A stretch of DNA of 64,000 bases from NCBI GenBank assembly GCA_033764955.1, contig JANRIL010000030.1:27430-91429 (forward strand). The letters run 5' to 3'. The translations under genes and the position numbers were made by a program. Positions 1 to 11,661 of this stretch are shown here, one piece after another (positions within the stretch are counted from its first letter, which is position 1; every line of letters begins with the position of its first letter). Under the pieces are notes generated by a model. That model saw only the letters and a program-made list of their open reading frames with translations, searched no databases and was not told where the DNA came from. This DNA comes from Cyanobacteriota bacterium. GTDB lineage: Bacteria; Cyanobacteriota; Cyanobacteriia; Thermostichales; Thermostichaceae.

Positions 1-282
1 CCCTCCTGCCTGGAATAAGTTGCAGGTTCCTTAAAGATTTCTCCACAACTATCTACAAATTATCCGTAGGCTGGGGTTGGTGAGGGCAAAAATGGGGGGA
101 GGAATCTTCCCAATTGCCAACAAGTTCCCCCTAAAATAAGCTGAGGACAGAGGCTTGACCTTCTCCTCACTCGTTGGTCAAGTGAGCCAAGACCCACAAG
201 GGCTTCGTGAAAATCAACCCAGCCATGATGGTGAATTGCTGTTAACGTTTTCCTCTTTAGAATTTTTGATTAAGGAGCGGGT

Positions 283-738
283 ATGGTCAGAGCCTCATCC
301 CAAGCCGGACAAAGCAAGATGCGGAATGTGTTGGTGGTCAAGGAAAATAACGGCGGTCTGCGAGCCGTATCGTTAGAAGCCGCCACCTATTCTTTGGGAC
401 GGGATCCCACCAACAGTATTTTGTTAGAAGCCGAGCGCATCTCTCGCCACCATGCCATTTTGATGCGGGTGCCAGAGGGAAAAGGCTATGTCTATCGCAT
501 CATGGACGGTAACTTAGTGGGAGAACCCAGTCGCAACGGCATCACCGTCAACGGCGAGAAAGTCACCTCCCATGACCTACAGGATGGGGACACGATTATT
601 TTTGGCGGGGCGATTAAAGCCCAGTATTACCATCGTGAGATGTCAGACGAAGACTTTAGCAAATACATTCAGTCGGTTGCCCTACGAAGCATTCGCTCTG
701 AACCTGTAGATACCATGTCAACTATTGTGGATTTCTAG
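283..738 (+). CDS. FHA domain protein
   Basis: FHA motifs LGRD, ISRHHA, SRNGITVNG; RBS AAGGAG just upstream of ATG 283. Confidence 0.9.
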   Translation: MVRASSQAGQSKMRNVLVVKENNGGLRAVSLEAATYSLGRDPTNSILLEAERISRHHAILMRVPEGKGYVYRIMDGNLVGEPSRNGITVNGEKVTSHDLQDGDTIIFGGAIKAQYYHREMSDEDFSKYIQSVALRSIRSEPVDTMSTIVDF

Positions 739-940
739 TCTGAATGGGATCCGGATTCAGATCTGGTCAGATCTGGATAGTTCAGCAGATCCAGTGGAGA
801 TTTGGCATCCATCTTTAGATCAAGAATCGTCCTTGTGTTCAGGCTAGATCAACTCGATCAATCAACTCTCTGATAGAGCAGTAATGTGATGGAGCCGTAA
901 TCAGGGTAAATTTTGTGTAAATGTTATGGGTCTTTAGGAC

Positions 941-1720
941 ATGACCTATTGCCTAGGTGTTATTACCCGTTCAGGATTAGTTTTTGCGGCTGACTCTCGC
1001 ACCAATGCCGGAGTCGATTATATCTCGACTTACCAAAAATTATTTGATTTTTCTCTGCCAGGAGAACGGGTCATCATCATTTGCACGTCGGGTAATTTAG
1101 CGATAACACAAGGGGTTTTGATCAAGCTTCAGCGCGATCTGCGGGTACAGGAAGAGGCTAATCTACATTCCCTGCCCAACCTTTATGAAATTGCTCGCTA
1201 TATTGGCTCTAAAATCCGGCACATTCAGGAGCAGGATCGCCCGTGGTTGGAAAAAGATGGTATTGATTTTCAGTGTAATTTCTTGCTGGGTGGACAAATT
1301 CAGGGACAAGAACCAGAATTATATTTAATTTATAGTCAGGGAAATTGCATTCAAGCGACGCCAGAAACGCCTTTTTTGCAGATTGGAGAAGCAAAATATG
1401 GAAAACCAATTTTGGATCGCACTTTGTCCTACGAAATTTCTTTAGAAGCCGCTGCTAAATCGGCTTTGCTCTCGATTGACTCAACTATGAAATCCAATAT
1501 ATCGGTCGGACCACCTATCGATTTGTTGATGTATCAGGCCAATCATTTTTACATTCACCATCAACTGCGCCTCCGTTCTGGGGATCCCTATCTCCTCAAA
1601 ATTCGTAAACTTTGGGAAGCCTCCCTCCGCCAAGCCTTTGAGCAAATGCCGGATATTGAGTGGCAGACCACGACAAGCTTACGGACTATTCGGGATTCAA
1701 CTGATATCGGATTACGCTAG
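941..1720 (+). CDS. Proteasome-type protease (Anbu / Ntn-hydrolase family)
   Basis: N-terminal M-T-Y-C with catalytic Thr; DSRTNAGVD, SGNLA, QIGE.KYGKPILDR and STMKSN.SVG.P motifs. Confidence 0.9.
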   Translation: MTYCLGVITRSGLVFAADSRTNAGVDYISTYQKLFDFSLPGERVIIICTSGNLAITQGVLIKLQRDLRVQEEANLHSLPNLYEIARYIGSKIRHIQEQDRPWLEKDGIDFQCNFLLGGQIQGQEPELYLIYSQGNCIQATPETPFLQIGEAKYGKPILDRTLSYEISLEAAAKSALLSIDSTMKSNISVGPPIDLLMYQANHFYIHHQLRLRSGDPYLLKIRKLWEASLRQAFEQMPDIEWQTTTSLRTIRDSTDIGLR

Positions 1721-1816
1721 ACAAGCAGGTTCTATTCCTAGCGTGAAATGAGGCTAATACTTTCATAGTTTGTGCTAATTTAATAACCATCTTTCCTAAT
1801 TAGGTGAGACTTCCAG

Positions 1817-3208
1817 ATGCCAGATTCTGAACTGCTCAGTAATCGCTACCACATCATTCGGGCACTGGGCACAGGTGGTTTTGGACAAACGTTTTTAGTT
1901 GAGGATACCTACCTTCCGTCGCGGCGGCTTTGTGTGGTCAAGCAGTTGAGAGCGGTGGCCGAAACTCCACGCGGCTATCAAGTTTTGTTAGAGCGCTTTC
2001 AACGGGAGGCAGCCGTTTTGGAGGAATTGGGGGAGGCTTGTCGGCAAATTCCCCGCCTTTATGCCCACTTCGGAGAGAATGATCAGTTTTATCTGGTTCA
2101 GGAATGGGTGGATGGAGATACCCTTACCCAGATGGTGGCGCGGGAAGGGGCTTGGAGTGAAGCCCGTGTGATGGCTTTTTTGACCTCCCTCCTCCCCGTT
2201 TTGGATTTGGTTCACCGCAAACGCATCATTCACCGAGACATCAAACCCGACAACGTTATCATCCGCCGCTCGGATCAATTGCCGGTTCTGATTGACTTTG
2301 GTGCGGTTAAGGAGTCTGTCAATTCCACATTGGTGGGATCCCAGAGCATGGTGATTGGAACCCCTGGCTTTATGCCCTCTGATCAGGCGGTAGGACGACC
2401 CGTTTTTTCCTCCGATCTCTATGCTCTCAGTCTGACGGCGGTCTTTTTGCTGACCGGAAAATGGCCGGATGAACTGCCGATTAACCAGGCTACCGGTCAG
2501 TATCGCTGGCAAGTTCCTGGCTTAAGCCCTCGCTTGGTGGGAGTGCTCAACAAAGCGATGGAATTTAATCCACGTGACCGCTTTAGTACTGCCCGCGATA
2601 TGTTGGAGGTCTTGGCTCCAGGTAGGGTTCCGGAGCTGTTGGTGACCATACCGCTTCCCTCTTCTCCTACCCTGCCAGAAACCGTCGGCATTCTGGATAA
2701 CCCCTCAGGTAGTCCCAAAGCCAGCTCCTCTGCTTCACCGGCTTCACCAACTTCTAGCCAAAAACGTTCTTTCAGCAGCCAGCCAGTCACAGCCGCTACC
2801 CGCCAGTTGAGGATGCCTGCTTCTGGTCAGAAGATGGATGCACGGTTAATCGGGTGGATGGTCATAACCGCCCTTGGCTTCCTATCCATTTCCTTGACAA
2901 TGGGCTATCTCCTCTGGGGATCCAATCGGGAGCCGTTGCCCTTGCCAACTACCAGCCCTACCTCTCCAGCTACTTTTGTCCCTCTACCCACCGCCACCTC
3001 GCCCAGCCCTTTACCCTCACCCCCGCTTACTCCCACCCCTACGCCTCTGCCCTCACCCCTGCTTACTCCCACTCCCACTCAAATTCCGCTCCCCGTTTTG
3101 CTAACTCCGCCACCTCCGCCACCCCGACCGCTCATTCCGCCACCTCCACCAGCTCCCCCTCCACCGGGATCCCCGTTACGCATTCGTCCACTCCCCCCTC
3201 CCCCTTGA
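1817..3208 (+). CDS. Hanks-type Ser/Thr protein kinase with TM helix and Pro-rich tail
   Basis: GTGGFG, HRDIKPDN, DFG and GTPGF motifs; hydrophobic segment then Pro/Thr-rich C-terminus. Confidence 0.93.
   Translation: MPDSELLSNRYHIIRALGTGGFGQTFLVEDTYLPSRRLCVVKQLRAVAETPRGYQVLLERFQREAAVLEELGEACRQIPRLYAHFGENDQFYLVQEWVDGDTLTQMVAREGAWSEARVMAFLTSLLPVLDLVHRKRIIHRDIKPDNVIIRRSDQLPVLIDFGAVKESVNSTLVGSQSMVIGTPGFMPSDQAVGRPVFSSDLYALSLTAVFLLTGKWPDELPINQATGQYRWQVPGLSPRLVGVLNKAMEFNPRDRFSTARDMLEVLAPGRVPELLVTIPLPSSPTLPETVGILDNPSGSPKASSSASPASPTSSQKRSFSSQPVTAATRQLRMPASGQKMDARLIGWMVITALGFLSISLTMGYLLWGSNREPLPLPTTSPTSPATFVPLPTATSPSPLPSPPLTPTPTPLPSPLLTPTPTQIPLPVLLTPPPPPPRPLIPPPPPAPPPPGSPLRIRPLPPPP
3008..3079 (+). 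repeat. 36-bp tandem duplication in kinase tail
   Basis: Encodes PLPSPPLTPTPT / PLPSPLLTPTPT. Confidence 0.7.
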
Positions 3209-3523
3209 GTTCTCCCTCAGGGGTCTTGTTGCCGTGGCCTAGCTGTGATGGATCCTCACAGAGCCTAGGTCTGAATAGCCCTGGATTTTCCTCACCTGTC
3301 AATTTGGGAGGTTCAGCAGCAGGCTGAGCTGAGGGAGTTGAGCCAAGCAGTCACAAACTTCTCCAGACCTGAGCTACCCTCCTTCATCTGCCTGGTTTTT
3401 CAGGAGATTAAATGGGTGGGAGCTTAGGTAAACGTCTGGGGAAGGCAAAAATCAACAGAGCCTAGCTCGTTGCATAGGTTGCATAGTTGGGGTGAAAGCC
3501 TTTTGGCTGAAAATTTTTTACTG

Positions 3524-3567
3524 AAAAAGAGGGCTGGGACTTTCCGTGTTGCGTCGCCACCCCTCTT
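3524..3567 (-). terminator. Putative intrinsic terminator downstream of ligA
   Basis: AAGAGGG (3527-3533) pairs with CCCTCTT (3561-3567); followed by a T-run on the minus strand. Confidence 0.45.
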
Positions 3568-3647
3568 CTCCAGTGTTCACTCCTCACCTTCGCTGAATTT
3601 TAGACGATTTCTCGGATAGAAACAATCCTCGACCCACCTAGACCCCT

Positions 3648-5744
<2,097 letters not shown>

Positions 5745-5884
5745 TCATGACAGCCAGGTCGTCCCTATTATGGTATCGAATTGAGATCCTCTCCGACCTG
5801 AAGGATCGGGGATTCGGTTTAGGCGAACAATAGCAACTCCTCTTGCTGACTGTCCCGACAGGGTCAATTCTGTGAAGTATCCAG

Positions 5885-6844
5885 CTAAGGCACATGCAGA
5901 TGCAGCCAGGGAACTGGATCCACCGAAACATTGTGAACAAACAGACCCCAATGCAGATGGGGTCCTGTTGCTACCCCCGTTGCCCCGATCCCGCCGATCA
6001 CCTGTCCAGCTTTTACCCAATCCCCTTCCTGTACATCAATGCGGCTGAGGTGCAAAAAAACGCTGGTTACTCCCTGTCCATGATCGATGCCAATGATATT
6101 GCCATGTAACCGAAATCCCGCCGACTCCAATCCGACCAACCCAACCCGACCATCCGCAGGCGCAACCACTGGGGATCCCACCCCTCCGGCATAATCAATC
6201 CCGCGATGATAATAATTTTCAGCAAAAACGCCGTTGTAGTAGCGCCTCACCCCATAAATCGTGGTCACGGATCCCCGCCCAGGGGGCACAAAGGCGGCTT
6301 GCCAAAACTTTTCGGAGGTAGCCTGCTGACGAAACTGGTTGACCCGCGTCATCTCCATCTCCGTTGGCTCTAAACCCGCCACGCTGGGAGCAAGCTGAAT
6401 GCGCTGCACAGGAAAGTCTCGCTTTTGCAGGGATACCTCCGATAGCTGTGGGGATCCCCATCCCTGTACTTCTAGTTGACGAACTCCTGGGTTATCGAGA
6501 GGTGACGTAGGAACCAGCGCCCGCCAGTGATGATTGCCGATCAAAAAAGCTGGATAACTAGCCGGATACCCCAAGGTTGGACTGGGCTGCTGCCATCTCA
6601 CCTGCGGTGGAAAGGTGGGCGGATCTGCCGTGATGATTTCCACAGAGAGGGTATAGCCCAAAGCCGGTTGAGGGGGTGAAATTCGCACCTGCATGGAGCC
6701 GACCGCCCCAAGATATGTGGATCCGCCTGCCCAGATCAGCAGCCCCGTTAGCAGAAGGATGAGCACCCGTAAACCACCCCACCCCAGAACAGCGACACCC
6801 AAACTAGCCAGATGGTTTCTCCACCTCTGCAATATCTTCTCCAT
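5885..6844 (-). CDS. M23 family metallopeptidase
   Basis: HRGIDY and TGPHLH motifs; N-terminal TM segments; start at 6844 (MEKILQ) preferred over 6919 but uncertain. Confidence 0.88.
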   Translation of the reverse strand: MEKILQRWRNHLASLGVAVLGWGGLRVLILLLTGLLIWAGGSTYLGAVGSMQVRISPPQPALGYTLSVEIITADPPTFPPQVRWQQPSPTLGYPASYPAFLIGNHHWRALVPTSPLDNPGVRQLEVQGWGSPQLSEVSLQKRDFPVQRIQLAPSVAGLEPTEMEMTRVNQFRQQATSEKFWQAAFVPPGRGSVTTIYGVRRYYNGVFAENYYHRGIDYAGGVGSPVVAPADGRVGLVGLESAGFRLHGNIIGIDHGQGVTSVFLHLSRIDVQEGDWVKAGQVIGGIGATGVATGPHLHWGLFVHNVSVDPVPWLHLHVP

Positions 6845-7234
6845 TGTCCTGTGCATTCGCCCGTAACTAGGTATGGATTTGCTTCCTTGCTTGTGATTAT
6901 TAAGCAAAATTAAGCGCATCTGTGACTTTGTAACAACTTAGCCAAACTAAGATACGTTTGTTTGCGATTTCTCGTAAAGATTTATTTCGTTTTTGGGTAA
7001 ATCTTCTTGATCAGAAGGTGGTGACCTCTCCCAAAAAACCAAGTAATTTTTCCCTTGCCGTTTGCCCAAATGGCCGCTAGACAGCAGTTATAACTCTTGC
7101 TTAGCTATAGCCACAGGATCGACATCAGCGGGTGGACTGGTGGTGAGCTGCTTTAGCGTTCTTTTGAGACCGTAGTTTCACGGAAGAGCGGCTCACTAAC
7201 CAAGCGATATTCTCAGGACTACCCAAAAACCCGT

Positions 7235-7480
7235 ATGTTTAACCCCACGACATCAAAAGTGTGGATGAGCACAGAGGAGCTGAAGTTCATGAATGTGACC
7301 GATGAATTAGAGTTTAAGGCGCAAATTTTAGCTCGTTGTTTAGGTTCAGCCCTAGGACTGGGATCCCCTTTGCGGGTGGGCATCCATTTTGCTCAGACTG
7401 CTCCCGCCCCCACTCCTACCATCCGCACCAAGGTTCGTTCTCCATTGCTCTTTACGGTTCCTCCTGTGCTGGCGGGCTAA
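7235..7480 (+). CDS. Possible small protein (81 aa), unknown function
   Basis: ATG-start ORF in an otherwise empty gap upstream of bamA; no recognisable domain. Confidence 0.35.
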   Translation: MFNPTTSKVWMSTEELKFMNVTDELEFKAQILARCLGSALGLGSPLRVGIHFAQTAPAPTPTIRTKVRSPLLFTVPPVLAG

Positions 7481-7630
7481 CAGTAGGCAGGGGTGCTGGA
7501 GAAAGAGACATCTTTTGCTGTTTCGCGCAGCGGGGGTTCGTCATCTGTCAGAATGGCGCTGATATAATTCACGGCATTAGCCCTCCTGCTCCATCAGGAT
7601 TTGCTTCTGCTGTTGTTGAGGTTTCCCTTG

Positions 7631-9562
7631 ATGTCTAACCCCATGCGCCTTGGTTTTTACGTAGGGTCAGCCTTGGCTCCTGCTCTCCTAATCTGGGGAG
7701 GGTGGGGAATCAACAGCAGTTTTGCCCAAACCCCTCAGCCATCCCCTCCGGCTGCCACTCCATCAGAAGCCGAACCGGGCACCCTTGACCTGCGGACGGG
7801 GGGAGAGGCTCCTGCCGAACCAGGAACAGCCCCCGCCACCGGACAGTCGGAACCGGAAGTATTGGTGGCCGAGGTGGTGGTGAATGGCACCGAGGAGCAA
7901 ACCCTGATCGACCAGGTTTATCAGGCCATTCAAACCAAAGCAGGCAATGTGACCACCCGCTCCAAACTGCAAGCGGATATTGATGCAGTGTTTGCTACGG
8001 GGCTGTTTGCTGATGTAAAAGCCGTCCCCTCTGATACCGCCTTGGGGGTAAGAGTTACCTTTGAGGTCAAGCCGAATCCTGTCATTCAAGCAGTCACCAC
8101 GGAAGGGGCAACTGTTTTAGAAGCGACCATCCTGCAAGAAATTTTTGCGGCTCAGCAGGGTCAGGTTCTCAACTTTGGGGAACTGCAACTGGGAGTGCAG
8201 GAATTGGAACAATGGTATGCCGATCAAGGCTATGTTTTGGCCAAGGTTGTGGATGTGCAATCCTCTGAAGATGGCACGGTTACCCTCAAGATTGCCGAAG
8301 GGGAAATCGAAGATATTCGGGTCAGCGGCAACAATCGCACCCGTGATTTTATCGTGACGCGGGAACTGACCTCGCAAGCAGGGGATGTTTTTAACCGCGA
8401 TCAGGTGCAGGAGGATATCCAAACCGTCTTTGGCCTTAACCTTTTTCAGGATGTCAACATCGCCCTCGAACCGGGTCAGGATCCCAGCAAAGTGGTGGTG
8501 GTGTTGAATGTGGAGGAGAAGCGCACCGGAACTCTGGGGGCGACGGCTGGGGTCAGTTCGGCCACGGGAGCCTTTGGGGGGGTCAACCTCTCGGAACAGA
8601 ACTTAGGGGGCAACAACCAAAGCGCCAGTCTAAACGTGCAGGTGGGAACCAACGAAACCCTATTCGACCTCAACTTCACGGATCCCCGCATCGCCACGAT
8701 GGATATCCCCACCTCCTATAACGTCAACATTGCTAACCGACAGTCTTCTAGCTTTGTCTTTAACGAGGGATTTTCCTTGCCCAATGGGGATCCCGTCCGC
8801 ATCAACCGCTTAGGGGGAGGGGTCACTTTTTCCCGTCCGGTGGGGGATAATTGGCGAGCCAGTTTGGGGACTGAGATGCAGTTTGTGGATGCGCGGGATA
8901 GCGATGCCAACCAACAACGCTTTGATGCCCTGGGTAACCCGATTACTTTTAGTGAAAGCGGTCAGGATAGTTACACGAGCTTACGTTTGGGAGCCATCCG
9001 CGACAGCCGCGACAATGCCAACACCCCCAGTCAGGGATCCCTCTTTCGCGTTTCCTCCGACCAATCGGTCAAGGTGTTTGAGAATGGTCTGAATAGTAAT
9101 CGTCTGATGGCCAGTTACAGCCAGTTTATTCCGATTAACTTGATCCAAACCCGCGAAGATACCCCCGAAGTCTTGGCCTTCGATTTGAAAGCCGGCACTC
9201 ACTTGGGGGATCTGGCTCCCTACGATGCCTTTAGTCTAGGGGGAGGCAACAGTGTGCGGGGTTTCTTTGAGGGGGGCATCGGTTCCGGTCGCAGCTATGC
9301 CCAAGCCACCGCAGAACTGCGCTTCCCGATTTTTAATCCGATTGGCGGGGTGTTGTTTGCCGACTATGGCACCGATTTGGGTAGCGCTGCTGCCGTGATC
9401 GGCAATCCGGCTGGGGTGAGAGGAAAACCAGGGGATGGCTTAGGACTGGGAGCTGGAGTGCGGATCCAATCGCCGCTAGGGCCGCTGCGTATTGACTACG
9501 GAGTAGGACAGGGATCCTCTGGGCAGGGACAACTGCACTTTGGAATTGGGGAAAAGTTCTAG
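7631..9562 (+). CDS. bamA: Omp85/BamA family outer membrane protein
   Basis: Signal peptide, POTRA-like repeats, VRGF motif, SPLGPLRIDYG, C-terminal FGIGEKF; start placed at ATG 7631. Confidence 0.9.
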   Translation: MSNPMRLGFYVGSALAPALLIWGGWGINSSFAQTPQPSPPAATPSEAEPGTLDLRTGGEAPAEPGTAPATGQSEPEVLVAEVVVNGTEEQTLIDQVYQAIQTKAGNVTTRSKLQADIDAVFATGLFADVKAVPSDTALGVRVTFEVKPNPVIQAVTTEGATVLEATILQEIFAAQQGQVLNFGELQLGVQELEQWYADQGYVLAKVVDVQSSEDGTVTLKIAEGEIEDIRVSGNNRTRDFIVTRELTSQAGDVFNRDQVQEDIQTVFGLNLFQDVNIALEPGQDPSKVVVVLNVEEKRTGTLGATAGVSSATGAFGGVNLSEQNLGGNNQSASLNVQVGTNETLFDLNFTDPRIATMDIPTSYNVNIANRQSSSFVFNEGFSLPNGDPVRINRLGGGVTFSRPVGDNWRASLGTEMQFVDARDSDANQQRFDALGNPITFSESGQDSYTSLRLGAIRDSRDNANTPSQGSLFRVSSDQSVKVFENGLNSNRLMASYSQFIPINLIQTREDTPEVLAFDLKAGTHLGDLAPYDAFSLGGGNSVRGFFEGGIGSGRSYAQATAELRFPIFNPIGGVLFADYGTDLGSAAAVIGNPAGVRGKPGDGLGLGAGVRIQSPLGPLRIDYGVGQGSSGQGQLHFGIGEKF

Positions 9563-9714
9563 TTTGGAGCCAGCTTGCTTGATCGTCCCACTCACAAAGT
9601 CTGGATAGTCTCCTTCAAAAACGGTGTCCTCCATCAATCCATACAACGTCTTAACGGACATCCCAAATTTTGGGGAGCTAGGCTAAAAGTTGGTAAGGTG
9701 AGGATGGTTAACCT

Positions 9715-10218
9715 ATGGATTTAGAAATTGTTCCTTGCTTGATTGAGCAGATTGAAAAGCTTATTGAGGGTGGAAAGGCTTTCCATGCCGCCTACGGTTT
9801 TGGGGTTGCTGATGGATATTTGCCTTTTGAAGGGGCGCTTCAGTACAGTCTTACCATGATGCAATCGTCCCAAGTTTGGCATCCCTGGTTACCCTATTGG
9901 ATTGGTTTCCATCCTGAGCGGATGCTAGTTGGGATTTGTGGATTTAAGTCAGTTCCCGATGCACAGCGCACGGTTGAGATTGGCTATTCGATTGCGCCAA
10001 GCTATCAGGGCAAAGGTTTCGCTACGGCGGCGGCGCGTCAGCTTATTGCGATAGCCTTCTCCTCAACAGATGCTTTGGTAGACTGCGTTTGTGCTCATAC
10101 TCTGGCGGAGCGCAATGCCTCGACGAGAGTCTTAGAAAAGTGTGGAATGAGGCAGGTGGCAGAGATTATCGATCCTGAAGATGGCAAAGTATGGAGGTGG
10201 GAGGTTGCCAAAGCCTAA
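9715..10218 (+). CDS. GNAT acetyltransferase (RimJ/RimL-like)
   Basis: EIGYSIAPSYQGKGFA and N.AS.RVLEKCGM motifs. Confidence 0.88.
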   Translation: MDLEIVPCLIEQIEKLIEGGKAFHAAYGFGVADGYLPFEGALQYSLTMMQSSQVWHPWLPYWIGFHPERMLVGICGFKSVPDAQRTVEIGYSIAPSYQGKGFATAAARQLIAIAFSSTDALVDCVCAHTLAERNASTRVLEKCGMRQVAEIIDPEDGKVWRWEVAKA

Positions 10219-10311
10219 CCATTCCATGTCCCATCAACCCCACACTATCGGTCAACGGATTGGGAGAATTCATAGGTGGCAAGTGAACGGAACCGATAGG
10301 TTGGGATCCCG

Positions 10312-11661
10312 ATGATGCGGGTTGCTGCTCTGCCGGATCTGCCGGATCTTACCCAATCGGCGACCCTTCAGGCGCTGGGAGAACTTTTTTGGATAGGGTT
10401 GCTGATCGGGGTGGGGGGAGTGGTTGTGTTGGGGGGAGTGGTCATCCTCCTCCATTGGGCACAAGGGCGACCCAGCTCTTCTCCCCTGGTCAGCGGCTAT
10501 GAGCGGTGGCTGTTGGCGCTGCCCCACCTGCTCGTGATGGGGGTGCTCCTTACGGCAACCTTTTATGGGGGATCCACCCTGGCGCGCCGCTATCACGATT
10601 GGGAACAGGCTCAATTACATAGCCTCGCTAACCGTGTGGCGGGAGAACGCATGGAGCAAATGGCTCCCCAACTCCTCTACACCGTACTGGTTCCCTATCG
10701 TTACCTCACCTATGTGGATGGCCAACCTGTGCAGGTGGAGGAAGAACAACCCGAAAATCGCTATCGGGATCCCATTCGCTCTGAGATTCTGGTGGAACTC
10801 AAGCAGTCACCAGCACTGGGAAACTGGGTCTATCAAGGTCGGGTACAAGCAACCTATCAGTTTCGTAACGATCTCCCCCAGTCCCAGCGTTTTCAGGTGC
10901 TAACCCCTCTCCCGACGGGCTATCGACTTTTGCAGGATTGGCAAGTCAAGCTGGAGGGAGAATCGGTGGATGCCGATCCAGAACGGGAGTTGGCACCTGA
11001 TCAAACCCTTAGTCTAGAGATCTCCTATGGGATCCAAGGGGGATCCCGCTGGATTTATGACGCCACCAACCGCCTCCTGGCTCAGTTTCGCTTGACGATT
11101 GTGGCGCAGGGAGATCCGGTGGAATTTGCCAGTGGCATTGCCCCCACCCTAACCACTCGCCAAGGGGATGTCACAACCTACACCTGGGACTTTGCCCAAA
11201 ATGTTGCCGTTCGGGATCCCTTTGGAGTGTTTACCCTTAGTGATCCTTTACCCAATACAGGGATCCTGCCCCGCCTGCTAATCCTGTCTGTGGGCATCTT
11301 GGCTTGGTGGTGGTTCTTGCTGTATTTGTCCATTCCCCCCCGCCTGCAGGATCTGGGGGTGTCCGTCAGCCTATTTTGGGCAACGGGGCTGGGGTTGACC
11401 TATCTGAGTCGGGTGATGCCGGTGGCGGGGGGCTTTTTGCTGATGGGAGGGGTATTGCTCGCTCTATTGGCGGGGCTGGGGGAGAATCGGCAACAGTCCC
11501 TTTCTTGGATCCTAGCGACGCTGGCGGGGGTGGTCTTGCCTGTGGGATCCCTGCTGATTCCCTATACGGGCTTGGGGCTAAGTGTGGCGGGAATCGCGGG
11601 AGCGGGGTGGCTAGTGGTGCGCTCCAAGACCCTCCCCCGAACAGGGATCCCCCTACTCTAG
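10312..11661 (+). CDS. Multi-pass membrane protein of unknown function
   Basis: 449-aa ORF: 2 N-terminal TMs, soluble middle region, about 6 C-terminal TMs; host-like sequence. Confidence 0.75.
   Translation: MMRVAALPDLPDLTQSATLQALGELFWIGLLIGVGGVVVLGGVVILLHWAQGRPSSSPLVSGYERWLLALPHLLVMGVLLTATFYGGSTLARRYHDWEQAQLHSLANRVAGERMEQMAPQLLYTVLVPYRYLTYVDGQPVQVEEEQPENRYRDPIRSEILVELKQSPALGNWVYQGRVQATYQFRNDLPQSQRFQVLTPLPTGYRLLQDWQVKLEGESVDADPERELAPDQTLSLEISYGIQGGSRWIYDATNRLLAQFRLTIVAQGDPVEFASGIAPTLTTRQGDVTTYTWDFAQNVAVRDPFGVFTLSDPLPNTGILPRLLILSVGILAWWWFLLYLSIPPRLQDLGVSVSLFWATGLGLTYLSRVMPVAGGFLLMGGVLLALLAGLGENRQQSLSWILATLAGVVLPVGSLLIPYTGLGLSVAGIAGAGWLVVRSKTLPRTGIPLL

Noticed and set aside
3278..3295. RNase P RNA (minus-strand GAGGAAAATCCAGGGC resembles GAGGAAAGTCCGGGC)
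   Set aside because: The other conserved RNase P elements are missing, and too little intergenic space remains downstream.
3571..3600. Yfr1 sRNA
   Set aside because: Only a partial match (ACTCCTCACCT versus ACTCCTCACAC), sitting in a loop rather than between two stems; kept only as part of the structured-region finding.
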